Assembly (NCBI GenBank): GCA_003193925.1
Contig: PSPG01000004.1
Span: forward strand, 64,001-128,000
Reading direction: 5' to 3'
Source: Candidatus Thalassarchaeum betae
Lineage (GTDB): Archaea > Thermoplasmatota > Poseidoniia > Poseidoniales > Thalassarchaeaceae
DNA length: 64,000 nt
Below the pieces are notes generated by a model. It worked only from the letters and a program-made list of their open reading frames with translations. It was not told where the DNA came from and searched no databases. Shown one piece after another: positions 46,053 to 55,476 of the stretch. Every line of letters begins with the position of its first letter. The stretch's first letter is position 1. A program made the translations under genes and the position numbers.

Positions 46053-47153
46053 GTGTCTGCGTGGCAGGCTCGACGGATGATGTTTACGAGACCGGCGAAC
46101 TCAAAGCAGGAACCTTCTCGTCGGGGTGTGGTTCAGCACGACGAAGGCTGGTTCTACCAAGGTCAAGCGGCCCACAGGCTGTGGAACAAGTCGGCCATCG
46201 GGAGGTTGGTTGGAAGCGAGGGGCTACTACTCAGTTCCTCCGAAGTCATCTTCTGCCACGAGCACAGACACCTCGAGTGGCCGTTCGACTCATGGCTCTC
46301 CGAGCAACTGGGTGACAGACCCCGGCTGCTCGAAGAGGCAGCGATTCTCGAGGCTCTCAGAGTCCCGGGCAACAGGATTGTTGTGCATTCAAACTTCGAA
46401 GCCATGGGATTGTCCTCAGCGGCTGCGAGTTGGGGACTGAGATGGCCTTCAGAGGAACACCCGAGTACGAGCGAAGCGACATATGAGGTAAGATGGTACC
46501 ATGCGAGTGAGGAGCTGGACATTGAGGATCTGTTTGAATGGTCGGAGCAAGTCCGAGAAGGCGGCAGGATGGCCGAGGTGCTGGTGGTGGACGACGAGCA
46601 CGCGGTGGTGACCTACAGGGTCGGCGCTGTTGAGCCTGAAGGGGAGATGGGTGCTGTTCCAGATGATGACTTCGTGACTATCAGCGAACTAGGAGAGAGT
46701 TCCGGACTAGACAATGGAGGCAGTTTCATCCACTTCGAAGGAGATTGGCCAAATGACAGGGTCGGAATCCCATATCCCAGCGGCAGGATCATGGATCAAC
46801 AGGCCTCGGAATTGGTCGAGGCCATGGCTAACGGATCTGCTGGCAGTTTATCGATTGGGGCTAGCATCCTCGGTGACCTGCTGAACAGAGGGCTGCATCC
46901 GCGTCCCGGATTCAAGTACGGGACGAGATGGAGGTGCTACGACCGCCCGATGGGCGAGGACCACGCACCTTGGCTGGTCGTCCATCCCGCTGAAGGCCCT
47001 GTCGATTGGGAGGGTGCTTGCTTGGCCTCAAGACTCGCATCTGGGGTCAACAAGACCTGGTTGCATCCCCTGTTGGTGGAATCCGAATGGAGGTACCTAT
47101 CGATTACGAGGCCACCAGCTGACTCTCGCTGGAACAACCCTCACAGAAGGTGA
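46053..47153 (+). CDS. endA: tRNA-intron endonuclease (two-unit alpha2 type)
   Basis: C-terminal unit RPGFKYGTRWRCY...HAPWLV...RLASGVNK carries the Tyr/His/Lys triad; N-terminal unit degenerate (VVDDE..V.TY). Confidence 0.85.
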   Translation: MSAWQARRMMFTRPANSKQEPSRRGVVQHDEGWFYQGQAAHRLWNKSAIGRLVGSEGLLLSSSEVIFCHEHRHLEWPFDSWLSEQLGDRPRLLEEAAILEALRVPGNRIVVHSNFEAMGLSSAAASWGLRWPSEEHPSTSEATYEVRWYHASEELDIEDLFEWSEQVREGGRMAEVLVVDDEHAVVTYRVGAVEPEGEMGAVPDDDFVTISELGESSGLDNGGSFIHFEGDWPNDRVGIPYPSGRIMDQQASELVEAMANGSAGSLSIGASILGDLLNRGLHPRPGFKYGTRWRCYDRPMGEDHAPWLVVHPAEGPVDWEGACLASRLASGVNKTWLHPLLVESEWRYLSITRPPADSRWNNPHRR

Positions 47154-49118
47154 CTATTCGGACGGAGGCGGTTTGAGAACGTCTGTTCGTCCGCCGCCCG
47201 CTATCGAAATTGCGACAAGCACGGAAATGACCAGCAGGCCATTTGATGGCTGTGCTAGCCAAGCCAGCCAGCCATCCCCCGAGAACGGCGATTCAGCCTC
47301 GAGGAGCAACGGGATGCGCTGCTCTATGCCGCTGCTGTCTAACAAGACGAGTTCCCCGCGAGCGAGCATCCCCGGCTCGAGCAACCCTGCTGGATCTATG
47401 TCGAGAGTTATCGAGTCGCCTGCGGACAAGGTTCCTTGCGTGGCGGCCGTGGCGATTCTCTCGGCAGCTCCTTCCACAGCTATCGAGTAGGTGCGCTCAC
47501 CATCCCCCTCGTATTCAGGGGTGACTTGGACGGTGGAGGGAGAGTCCCAAGCGACGATGATCTCGAGCTGTGAGGTGGAAAGGCGATGGCCGACTCGGAA
47601 CCAATCGAGGTCTATGTCCGTCAGAGCCTCGCCCTCGCATCCTATGGTGCCTCGCAGGTTGCCATGATCGCTGGGGCCGTCCGGGCTATACAGAATCACT
47701 ATCTCGTACTCGCCTGAGGGAATCTCAATGTAATCGGGCTGAATCTGCCCTCCGCTCTGCGTCCACGATAGCGACACCTCCAATGTACATGGCTGAGAGG
47801 CTGTCACCTGAGCGTAGGATGACTCACCCGGAATGAGTTGGATGGGGTTGTGGGGAGTCAGGACATCGACGCTTGACTGCCCCGAGGGCTGGATGGCCAC
47901 AGTGGCACTGTCATCACCCAATGACTCGACTGTAGCAGTCCACTGAACCATTCTACCGCGGTTGTCCCGGATAATCATCCCACTATCTCCGAAAACTCCC
48001 CCCTCTGAGAACACGTCCCCTGGACTGCCGGTGTCCCTGCCTCTCTCGAGGGCTGCATCACCGTCGGCCTCGATGATCTTCACCCAAGCAGTGTCGGGGT
48101 CTGTGTTGACGAGGTTATCGAAGGAATTTCCGTTGTTCTCGTCCTGATGCTCGACTAGTATCCCGTGTCCCGGAAGGGCGGCATCGAACCCGGCATCCCC
48201 ACGGAAGGTGACCCACAGGGTCTCTCCGGGAGCGAGTTCGATCGATAGGGGCCGACCACCGGCAGAAATCGGTGACATCTCAAAACTGCCCCCGACGAGG
48301 GGGTCGACTGCGGTGGAACGGTGAGCGCCTATCAGTTCGAGAGTGGCCGAACCGGGCAAAGCGGGAATGTTTCCGTTGCCGTTCCAGTTGCCGCTGGCCA
48401 TTATGTCCCAGTCGCCCAGTCCGTTCCAATTGGAGGATGGCAGAACGCTGTGCACGTCGTAGAGGTCGAGCGCTCCCATCTGGTGGAGCATCTCGTGGAC
48501 CACCGTACCGATGCCCGAGTCCAAAGATGCAATGGTGTAATGGTTCACCGACCAGTCATCGAAGGACAGAGGCTCATCCAGCCAAGACATGTGGCTCCAG
48601 AGTGTATTGGCACCTCCTCCGGTCTCCTGAGCCCTTCCTGAATGGAGGATCAGCAGCCTGTCTATCGCACCGTCCCCGTTGAAGTCCCACTTGGAGAGGT
48701 CTTGGCCCTCCAGCATCGCCTTGCAGGCCTCCTCGACGAGTGCGGTAGCTCCTATGTCACGCTCGTCGGAGCTGTCCGCACCCCAATGCCCCTCTGATTG
48801 GGGCGCGGTCCACACGTCACCGTACATGGTGACCATGAGGGTAGATGCTCCGCCGCTCATCTGCTCGATGTAGCTAGTCGCTGAGCCCTCGCCTAAGAGG
48901 ATCGATTCAGCCTTGTTCTGGGAAAACGCCCTGTCAGGGAACTGGACCATGAGAACCAACCACTGCTCATCGCTCTGCAACTCAACCAGATCGAACGATT
49001 CGTCCGTCGGTTCGGCTATCTCAGCCTCTATCCAATCGTCTATCACATCCGGATTGAGATTGGCCCAGACGCCCATCATCAGCACGGCTGCTACGATGGC
49101 TGCGCGTGCCGCGTTCAT
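47154..49118 (-). CDS. M6 (immune inhibitor A-like) zinc metalloprotease, membrane-anchored
   Basis: HEMLHQMGALDLYD, WDIMASG.W Met-turn, N-terminal signal, C-terminal TM. Confidence 0.9.
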   Translation of the reverse strand: MNAARAAIVAAVLMMGVWANLNPDVIDDWIEAEIAEPTDESFDLVELQSDEQWLVLMVQFPDRAFSQNKAESILLGEGSATSYIEQMSGGASTLMVTMYGDVWTAPQSEGHWGADSSDERDIGATALVEEACKAMLEGQDLSKWDFNGDGAIDRLLILHSGRAQETGGGANTLWSHMSWLDEPLSFDDWSVNHYTIASLDSGIGTVVHEMLHQMGALDLYDVHSVLPSSNWNGLGDWDIMASGNWNGNGNIPALPGSATLELIGAHRSTAVDPLVGGSFEMSPISAGGRPLSIELAPGETLWVTFRGDAGFDAALPGHGILVEHQDENNGNSFDNLVNTDPDTAWVKIIEADGDAALERGRDTGSPGDVFSEGGVFGDSGMIIRDNRGRMVQWTATVESLGDDSATVAIQPSGQSSVDVLTPHNPIQLIPGESSYAQVTASQPCTLEVSLSWTQSGGQIQPDYIEIPSGEYEIVILYSPDGPSDHGNLRGTIGCEGEALTDIDLDWFRVGHRLSTSQLEIIVAWDSPSTVQVTPEYEGDGERTYSIAVEGAAERIATAATQGTLSAGDSITLDIDPAGLLEPGMLARGELVLLDSSGIEQRIPLLLEAESPFSGDGWLAWLAQPSNGLLVISVLVAISIAGGGRTDVLKPPPSE

Positions 49119-49143
49119 GGACCCACGTCCATGAATCACTCTT

Positions 49144-50268
49144 TCAATCCAATGCCGACAAGATTGGCTGATGCATCAAATCGCGGATGGAAGAGGCACG
49201 CCATGCCTCGTCAGAAGATTCTGGAGCGTCCAGCCAGCCCAATCCGCCATATTCGCAGCCCATGGAATCAAGCGAGGACCTGAGAGATGGAGGGAGGGGA
49301 GTCGCGTCGCATCCTGCGATGATAACATCCGAGAGTCTCTGATGCAGGACCAAGTCGGCCAACGCATCCTGCTCCGTCGGCTCTAGACAGAGGGCCGAGC
49401 ACCTGGGCGCGGCCACGCCCTCGTGAACGGTGCCTGATGGAAATCGTGGGCAAGCACCCTCGCAACCGCAGTCGATGAAGGCGACCCTGTGCACAGAGCC
49501 ATCCGAGGCGATCATGTCCTCGACATCGAACCTCCTGCGACCGAGCGGGGCTTCTGGCAAGGTGCGGGAGATTGCGTCAGCCACCGCCATGGATATGGCG
49601 GCGACTAGCAGCCTCAGGCCCTCGTACTCGACTGGGAGAGTGAGCAGCAAGAGTCCTCCGAAGATCAGCAGTATACGCACCCTGAGCCTCGCCTCACCGT
49701 GCTCCACGAGACCCAGCAAGCGAGCCATAGACAGAGAGAGGGTGGCGAGCATGACGGTTACGAGTAGCCAGGAGAACCCCAGAGCCAGTCTGAACAGAGC
49801 GCTGGCGTCGTATCTGGCTCCAACCCCCTCCAGAGCGTCAGCAGCCTCAGTTGCCTCGATGAACAGGGGAAGCAGGTAACCCCATGTCGCTAGGATCACC
49901 GCCGGGACCATGACCATACTCAGGCAAAGCAGGACTGAGAGCCAAGTGCGCTCACGGGGAAGCAGCCCTGGACGAGCGAATCGCTGCAACTGGAAAGACA
50001 GTACCGGCATCACAGTTAGGAGGGCGAGTAAGATGGCCAAGGACCAGCGTATCTCCAACCACTCGAAGGGAGAGTACACAGACAGGTCGAGCGAGGCGGC
50101 GCCCAATGGAAGCGAGTTCAGCCACGCTCGCATCAGCGAGTCGGTGCCATACGCCCATGCGATTGCTGCGATGGCAATCAGTATGGCGGATTTGCGTATT
50201 GAGCGATGCAACTCAGACAGATGCTCGGACAAGGGCCTACGCCTGTCGGAGGATACTGCGAGTGTCAT
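49144..50268 (-). CDS. tatC: TatC-family translocase subunit with an extra Cys-rich C-terminal domain
   Basis: PLSEHLSEL, SPFE, P..SFQL..F..PGL.PRER; tail with CGCEGAC...LC...IIAGC. Confidence 0.8.
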   Translation of the reverse strand: MTLAVSSDRRRPLSEHLSELHRSIRKSAILIAIAAIAWAYGTDSLMRAWLNSLPLGAASLDLSVYSPFEWLEIRWSLAILLALLTVMPVLSFQLQRFARPGLLPRERTWLSVLLCLSMVMVPAVILATWGYLLPLFIEATEAADALEGVGARYDASALFRLALGFSWLLVTVMLATLSLSMARLLGLVEHGEARLRVRILLIFGGLLLLTLPVEYEGLRLLVAAISMAVADAISRTLPEAPLGRRRFDVEDMIASDGSVHRVAFIDCGCEGACPRFPSGTVHEGVAAPRCSALCLEPTEQDALADLVLHQRLSDVIIAGCDATPLPPSLRSSLDSMGCEYGGLGWLDAPESSDEAWRASSIRDLMHQPILSALD

Positions 50269-50269
50269 A

Positions 50270-51325
50270 TCAGAGGATGTCCTTGACCTGTGGCTCAGCT
50301 CTGGCTGCCAACACCGTCCTGTAGACGCCGTAAGCCGCCCAGACGCTGATGAAGAAGGCACAACCGATTGCGAACCCGGTAATGTCGGAGGTCCTAGTCC
50401 CCTCCTCGACGATAGTGGCCGGAGGGAATGCTATGGAAACATCGGAGGCCATCCAGCGGACCCCGATGGCGAATGCTGCAATGCAGAGCAAGCCTCTTCG
50501 GATGGCCTGGGGATAAGCAAGTTCGTTTGCCAGGAACTCAGGACCGTCGTCGTAGCGTCGGTCGAGGATCTCCTTCTGCACCACAGCTCCGACTATCAGA
50601 GCCACAAGACTGGTCCAGTATAGCAGGTTGCCCTGCTCGAATATCCTCAGTGACAGCGCCGCTTGGCGGTCTGCCTCCTTCTGGGCGTCGGACTCCTCGA
50701 TCAAGAACAGGGTGTCGTAGTCACCTACGGAGATGGTCCTAGTTTCGAGTGTTGCCGCATCGTCACCGGAAACTATGGATCCGGGCGGGCTGACAGTGAA
50801 TGAGAGTAGGTTCCAGTAGTCGTTCTCGTCAGGCACCCCGGAGCCGTCAACTGAGTTGCCTGCCAACCAAAAGTTAACTCCGCCGACATCTTCAGCGGGC
50901 GCGGTCCAGTTCAGGAACCAGATGCCATCGGAGTCGATGCCGGACTGCGATATGTCATCAAGGGCATCATCTACCTCGCGAATGTCCTGATCATTGGCCC
51001 AAGTAAAGACCCCCATGCCCTCCGAAGAGAGAAGGAAACCTGCCTTTGTGTTGCCACTGCCGCCCGAAAGCGTCAGCGAGTCTGCAACGGTGATGGTGTA
51101 CTGATAAGTCTCGTCGAGCCCATACATCACAGGGATGCCGGTGATCATTACCACCGATCTGTCCGAAGGGGCGCCGTTGTTGTGACAGGTGCAACCATAC
51201 TTGACAGTCGGATCTCCGTTGTTGTTCTCGACAGGCGGTCCACCGGACATTGCCATGACGGGCAGGGCTAGCAATCCCAGCAGCACCAGGCAGATGGCCG
51301 CTTTATCCACAATCGACCGCATCAT
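50270..51325 (-). CDS. Exported Reelin-like (choice-of-anchor V) domain protein with CxCH motif and 3 C-terminal TM
   Basis: Signal peptide, GCTCH, W...WTAP, F.LAGNSVDG, hydrophobic C-terminus. Confidence 0.72.
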   Translation of the reverse strand: MMRSIVDKAAICLVLLGLLALPVMAMSGGPPVENNNGDPTVKYGCTCHNNGAPSDRSVVMITGIPVMYGLDETYQYTITVADSLTLSGGSGNTKAGFLLSSEGMGVFTWANDQDIREVDDALDDISQSGIDSDGIWFLNWTAPAEDVGGVNFWLAGNSVDGSGVPDENDYWNLLSFTVSPPGSIVSGDDAATLETRTISVGDYDTLFLIEESDAQKEADRQAALSLRIFEQGNLLYWTSLVALIVGAVVQKEILDRRYDDGPEFLANELAYPQAIRRGLLCIAAFAIGVRWMASDVSIAFPPATIVEEGTRTSDITGFAIGCAFFISVWAAYGVYRTVLAARAEPQVKDIL

Positions 51326-51374
51326 GTCACCCGTACCTCTGTCAGATGCCGGAGTCTCATAACCGTTGCTCGGT

Positions 51375-51398
51375 CGCATCCCCTAGAAAGGGGATGCG
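51375..51398 (-). terminator. Perfect 10-bp hairpin just downstream of pntB
   Basis: CGCATCCCCT-AGAA-AGGGGATGCG; no U-tract, so function uncertain. Confidence 0.4.
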
Positions 51399-51404
51399 GC
51401 ATCC

Positions 51405-52832
51405 TCACAGCTCCTTGATGGCCGAGTTGAGTTCGTTCATCATCTTCTTGCCGTCGCCGAACAGCATCATCGTCTTCTCCATGTAGAACAAGTCGTTGTC
51501 AACTCCAGCGTACCCCACGGACAGGCTTCGCTTGATAATCACTACCACCCTGGCCTTGTCTACGTCCAATATGGGCATCCCCGCCAGAGGGCCCTCACCC
51601 GTGCGAGCCACGGGATTCGTGGTGTCGTTGGCACCAATGACCAAGGCGACGTCGCAGTCAGTGAACTCCGAGTTGATGTCATCCATCTCGATCAGTTGCT
51701 CGTACGGGACGTTCGCCTCAGCCAGCAGGACGTTCATGTGACCGGGCATTCTGCCAGCGACCGGGTGGATGGCATAGGACACCTCGCAGTCAGCAGCCTC
51801 CATCATGTCGGCGAACTCCTTGACTGCGTGCTGGCTCTGACTGACCGCCATCCCGTAGCCCGGGACAACGATGACCTTCTGAGCCCCGTCCAGCACCATC
51901 GCGACCTCCTCGGGGTCGCTGCCTACCTTGGTGCGAGTCGGCTGATCCTTGTCGCCGGTCCCACCGAACGCCTTGAAAAGGACTTCTCGCAGGGTCCTGT
52001 TCATCGCCTTGCACATGATGAATGTGAGTATCAGACCGGCTGCGCCGACCATCGAACCGGCGATGATGAGGACGTTATTCCCAATCACGAAGCCAGTGAA
52101 CGCAGCGGCGATTCCGGACAGCGAATTCAGCATACTTACTACTACAGGCATGTCGGCCCCGCCAATCGGGATGACGAAGAGGATGCCGAGCAGGCTGGAA
52201 AATCCCACTATGCCCCAGATGTAGGCCTTGTTTGAGGGCTCTTGGATGGTCATCCAGATAAGATAAAGGGAGCCAATCAGAAGCAGGAGCTTCACGGCGT
52301 TGAGCCAAGGGGGGCCCCAAGTGGGGAATCTTAGCCACTTCTTGGTGAGAGGCACGACGAAACCGCCCTTGAGCTTCATCATCGCGACCAGTGAGCCGGT
52401 GAGGGTCATCCATCCGACCAATCCCGACAGGCCGATGGCTACCCAGACGGCGTAGAGTTCGACGCCGGGTTCCGGGACATTTCCCTCCTCGAGTCTACGC
52501 AGGACCTCGGACAGGGCTACGAGTGCTGACGCACCTCCTCCGAAGCCGTTGAACAGCGCCACTAGCTCGGGCATTCCAGTCATCTCGATGCGAGTCGCCA
52601 TCAGGGCACCGATCAGGGCCCCTATGGCCAGCCCCCCGACAATCAGCTCCCAGCCGATTATCCCCTCTGAGTACATCCTAGCCACTGTGACCAGTACAGC
52701 GAGGAACATACCCATTGCACCGATTCTGTTTCCCCGGGGGGCTGTCCTCGGACTGGAAAGCTGCTTGATCCCGAGGATGAAGAGGACGGCTGCCACCAGG
52801 TACCCGATATCCCACACCGCTGCGCTTACCAA
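51405..52832 (-). CDS. pntB: NAD(P) transhydrogenase beta subunit
   Basis: MTGMPELVALFNG, IGGADMPVV, VPGYGMA, HPVAGRMPGHMNVLLAEA, IGAND. Confidence 0.97.
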   Translation of the reverse strand: MVSAAVWDIGYLVAAVLFILGIKQLSSPRTAPRGNRIGAMGMFLAVLVTVARMYSEGIIGWELIVGGLAIGALIGALMATRIEMTGMPELVALFNGFGGGASALVALSEVLRRLEEGNVPEPGVELYAVWVAIGLSGLVGWMTLTGSLVAMMKLKGGFVVPLTKKWLRFPTWGPPWLNAVKLLLLIGSLYLIWMTIQEPSNKAYIWGIVGFSSLLGILFVIPIGGADMPVVVSMLNSLSGIAAAFTGFVIGNNVLIIAGSMVGAAGLILTFIMCKAMNRTLREVLFKAFGGTGDKDQPTRTKVGSDPEEVAMVLDGAQKVIVVPGYGMAVSQSQHAVKEFADMMEAADCEVSYAIHPVAGRMPGHMNVLLAEANVPYEQLIEMDDINSEFTDCDVALVIGANDTTNPVARTGEGPLAGMPILDVDKARVVVIIKRSLSVGYAGVDNDLFYMEKTMMLFGDGKKMMNELNSAIKEL

Positions 52833-53153
52833 TCACCCACCACCCTTGCGTCTCTTACCGGCGATCATCTCCAGCATCCTGTTGGTGACCATGAAGCCGC
52901 CAACGGCGTTGATGGTGGCCATGACCAGTGCTGCGAAGGCCAACCAGGCTGCAGTTCCCGGATCGCCGTCGTTGAAGGCGGTGTTGGACAGAATCAGAGC
53001 GCCGACGATGGTGATGCCGGAGATCGCGTTGGCACCGGACATCAACGGAGTGTGCAGAGTCGATGGGACCTTGCTGATGAGCTCGAAGCCGAGGAAGATG
53101 GCCAGGACGAAGACGGTGATGCTTCCGACCAGTGCAGCGACAGTGAGGCTCAG
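52833..53153 (-). CDS. pntA2: NAD(P) transhydrogenase alpha-2 (membrane) subunit; CTG start inferred
   Basis: In-frame ITVFVLAIFLGFELISKVPSTLHTPLMSGANAISG extends well upstream of the ORF-track start. Confidence 0.92.
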   Translation of the reverse strand: MSLTVAALVGSITVFVLAIFLGFELISKVPSTLHTPLMSGANAISGITIVGALILSNTAFNDGDPGTAAWLAFAALVMATINAVGGFMVTNRMLEMIAGKRRKGGG

Positions 53154-54319
53154 TTGACCACCCCCGCCAGTCTGGACTGGTTCTCATGGATGACTCCGCC
53201 CATGCAGATTAGGACGCCACCCATCCCCGCCACGTAGAATTCGGAGCCCTCCGGGGCGCCGACGATTACGTCGTCGTCCAAGTCGAGTCGCAGTTCACCC
53301 CCCTCGACGAGTGTGATGGCGAAGTTCGTCAGGTTGTTCGAGTACAGCATGCTCGCTGTGGATGCGATCAACCCGGGCAGGTTCTCGATTCCGATGATTT
53401 TGATCCCGTGCTCAACCACGATCTTTCCAGGTCTGGTGAGCTCGCAGTTGCCGCCAACGTCAGCGTTCATGTCTACTATCACCGCGCCGTCCTTGAACGA
53501 CTTGACTGCGCTAGTGGGTACAGTGATTGGGGCGGGGCGGCCAAAGATGCGAGCGGTGGTAATGATGACATCAGCATTCTTGGCCACGTCGCAGACGGTA
53601 TCGTTGACCCTCTGGATGAACTCGGGAGTCAGGGGCTTAGCGTATCCCGACTCGTCCTCGAAGTCGTCCATGCCCTCGACCTCGATGAAACGTCCTCCGA
53701 CGGACTCGATCTCCTCGGCGGCCGACTTCCTGACATCGGATGCGTAGACGACGCCGCCGAGGCGCTTGGCAGTGGCGATGGCCTGCAGTCCTGCCACGCC
53801 GCTGCCCATGATGACGAACTTGGCGGGCTTGACGGTGCCCGCGCTCGTGGTCATCATAGGGATGACCTTCGAGATATGGGCAGCTCCCATCAGCACTGCT
53901 TTGTAGCCGGCGAGGTTATCCTGACTGGAGTTAACGTCCATGGATTGGGCCCTAGAGAGCCTCCTGGGAATCATGTCCATGCTGAGCAGGGTGACTCCAG
54001 CAGCCATTGCTTCCCTCACGCGCTCTGGGTGCCTGAACGGGTCTGCGACGCAAGCCAGCATCTGGCCTGGGCTCATCGAAGATGCGTCTGGCATGTGGAT
54101 GGCGACGAGCAGGTCGGCTGACATCACCTCGTCTCGTGATACGATCTTAGCGCCCTTGGACTCATATTTCGAGTCAGGGTAATTGGAGCGTACGCCAGCC
54201 CCCGACTGGACCAGTACCTCGAAGCCCTCCTTGCCCAGCTTCCTCAACGAATTCGGAACTATCGCGACACGGTTCTCGCCATCCGGCTCCAGCAATACTC
54301 CGAGTCGCATTTCAGACAC
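53150..54319 (-). CDS. pntA1: NAD(P) transhydrogenase alpha-1 (NAD-binding) subunit
   Basis: GENRVA, RAQSMD..SS, MMTTSAG, GSGVAGL, ESGYA, GGNC. Confidence 0.96.
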   Translation of the reverse strand: MSEMRLGVLLEPDGENRVAIVPNSLRKLGKEGFEVLVQSGAGVRSNYPDSKYESKGAKIVSRDEVMSADLLVAIHMPDASSMSPGQMLACVADPFRHPERVREAMAAGVTLLSMDMIPRRLSRAQSMDVNSSQDNLAGYKAVLMGAAHISKVIPMMTTSAGTVKPAKFVIMGSGVAGLQAIATAKRLGGVVYASDVRKSAAEEIESVGGRFIEVEGMDDFEDESGYAKPLTPEFIQRVNDTVCDVAKNADVIITTARIFGRPAPITVPTSAVKSFKDGAVIVDMNADVGGNCELTRPGKIVVEHGIKIIGIENLPGLIASTASMLYSNNLTNFAITLVEGGELRLDLDDDVIVGAPEGSEFYVAGMGGVLICMGGVIHENQSRLAGVVN

Positions 54320-54516
54320 TTTCCAACTGGATGAGCCGTAGGCTCAACTTTCGACGGTTCTTTCGACTTGAGGGCGCTTATTGAAACCGTCGCCGAACCT
54401 TTCAGTCGAACAGCATCAGATTGCTGGCAGAACGCTGATTGCGATGCAGTACTTGCTAATTCATGCATCACTAAGGCTAAGTCTGACACCGGCGGCGCTC
54501 AGACCGAGGTCGCTAC

Positions 54517-55455
54517 GTGTCGAGAGGCGCTAGGAAGGTCGCAGTGATCGGAGCGGGCAACGTGGGCGCTACCTGCGCATTCGTGCTCGCTCAGATGAAT
54601 GTCGGTGAAATCGTGATGCTGGACATCTACGAGGGAGTTGCGAAGGGCAAGGCTCTCGACATGAGCCAGGGCGGGCAGATCCTCAACTACGACGGTAAGA
54701 TAACCGGTACCAAGGACTACATCGATATTGCCGGCGCCGATGTCGTGGTTGTCACCTCAGGCTTCCCGAGGCAGCCGGGCATGTCCAGAGAGGACCTGAT
54801 CGGCAAGAACGCTGACATCATCTCCGAGGTCGGAGACGGAATCAAGGGGCACGCACCTGACTCGGTGATCGTGATGGTGACCAATCCACTAGACCTGATG
54901 ACCTACCATATGCAGAGGGTCACGGGCTTCCCCCACCACCGAGTCGTCGGACAGGCAGGAATCCTCGACTCGGCCAGAATGACCCACTTCGTCGCTCAGG
55001 AACTCGGTTGCAGCAACGAGGACGTGCAGGCGATGGTGCTCGGCGGGCACGGTGACACGATGGTGCCGCTGCCGCGATACACCACTGCAGGGGGCATCTC
55101 GATCACCCACCTGATGGAAGAGGAGACCATCGACGCCATCTGCGCGCGTACCGCCGCAGGCGGCGGCGAGATAGTCAAGCTCCTCGAGCACGGCAGTGCG
55201 TTCTACGCGCCCGGCAGTGCTGCCGCCATCATGGCAGAGTCTATCATCAACGACAGGAAGAGAATGCTGCCCTGCAGCGCCTACCTGACTGGCCAGTACG
55301 GCATGGAGGACATCTACATCGGCGTGCCGGTAATTCTGGGCAGCGGCGGAGTAGAGCGAGTTGTCGAGTTGAAGCTAGAAGATTCGGAATTGTCGAGCCT
55401 GCAGGGCTCGGGCGCCTTCTACAAGGAGCAACTGAGTCAGATACTCGGATACTGA
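54517..55455 (+). CDS. mdh: Malate dehydrogenase (LDH-like)
   Basis: GAGNVG, GKALD, PRQPGMSREDL, VTNPLD, LDSAR, GGHGD, GSAFYAP. Confidence 0.95.
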   Translation: MSRGARKVAVIGAGNVGATCAFVLAQMNVGEIVMLDIYEGVAKGKALDMSQGGQILNYDGKITGTKDYIDIAGADVVVVTSGFPRQPGMSREDLIGKNADIISEVGDGIKGHAPDSVIVMVTNPLDLMTYHMQRVTGFPHHRVVGQAGILDSARMTHFVAQELGCSNEDVQAMVLGGHGDTMVPLPRYTTAGGISITHLMEEETIDAICARTAAGGGEIVKLLEHGSAFYAPGSAAAIMAESIINDRKRMLPCSAYLTGQYGMEDIYIGVPVILGSGGVERVVELKLEDSELSSLQGSGAFYKEQLSQILGY

Positions 55456-55476
55456 GTCCGCTGGATTCATTCGGAC

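Noticed and set aside
54440-54470. GATGCA-N15-TGCATC inverted repeat in the pnt/mdh spacer
   Set aside because: Only 6-bp arms; expected by chance
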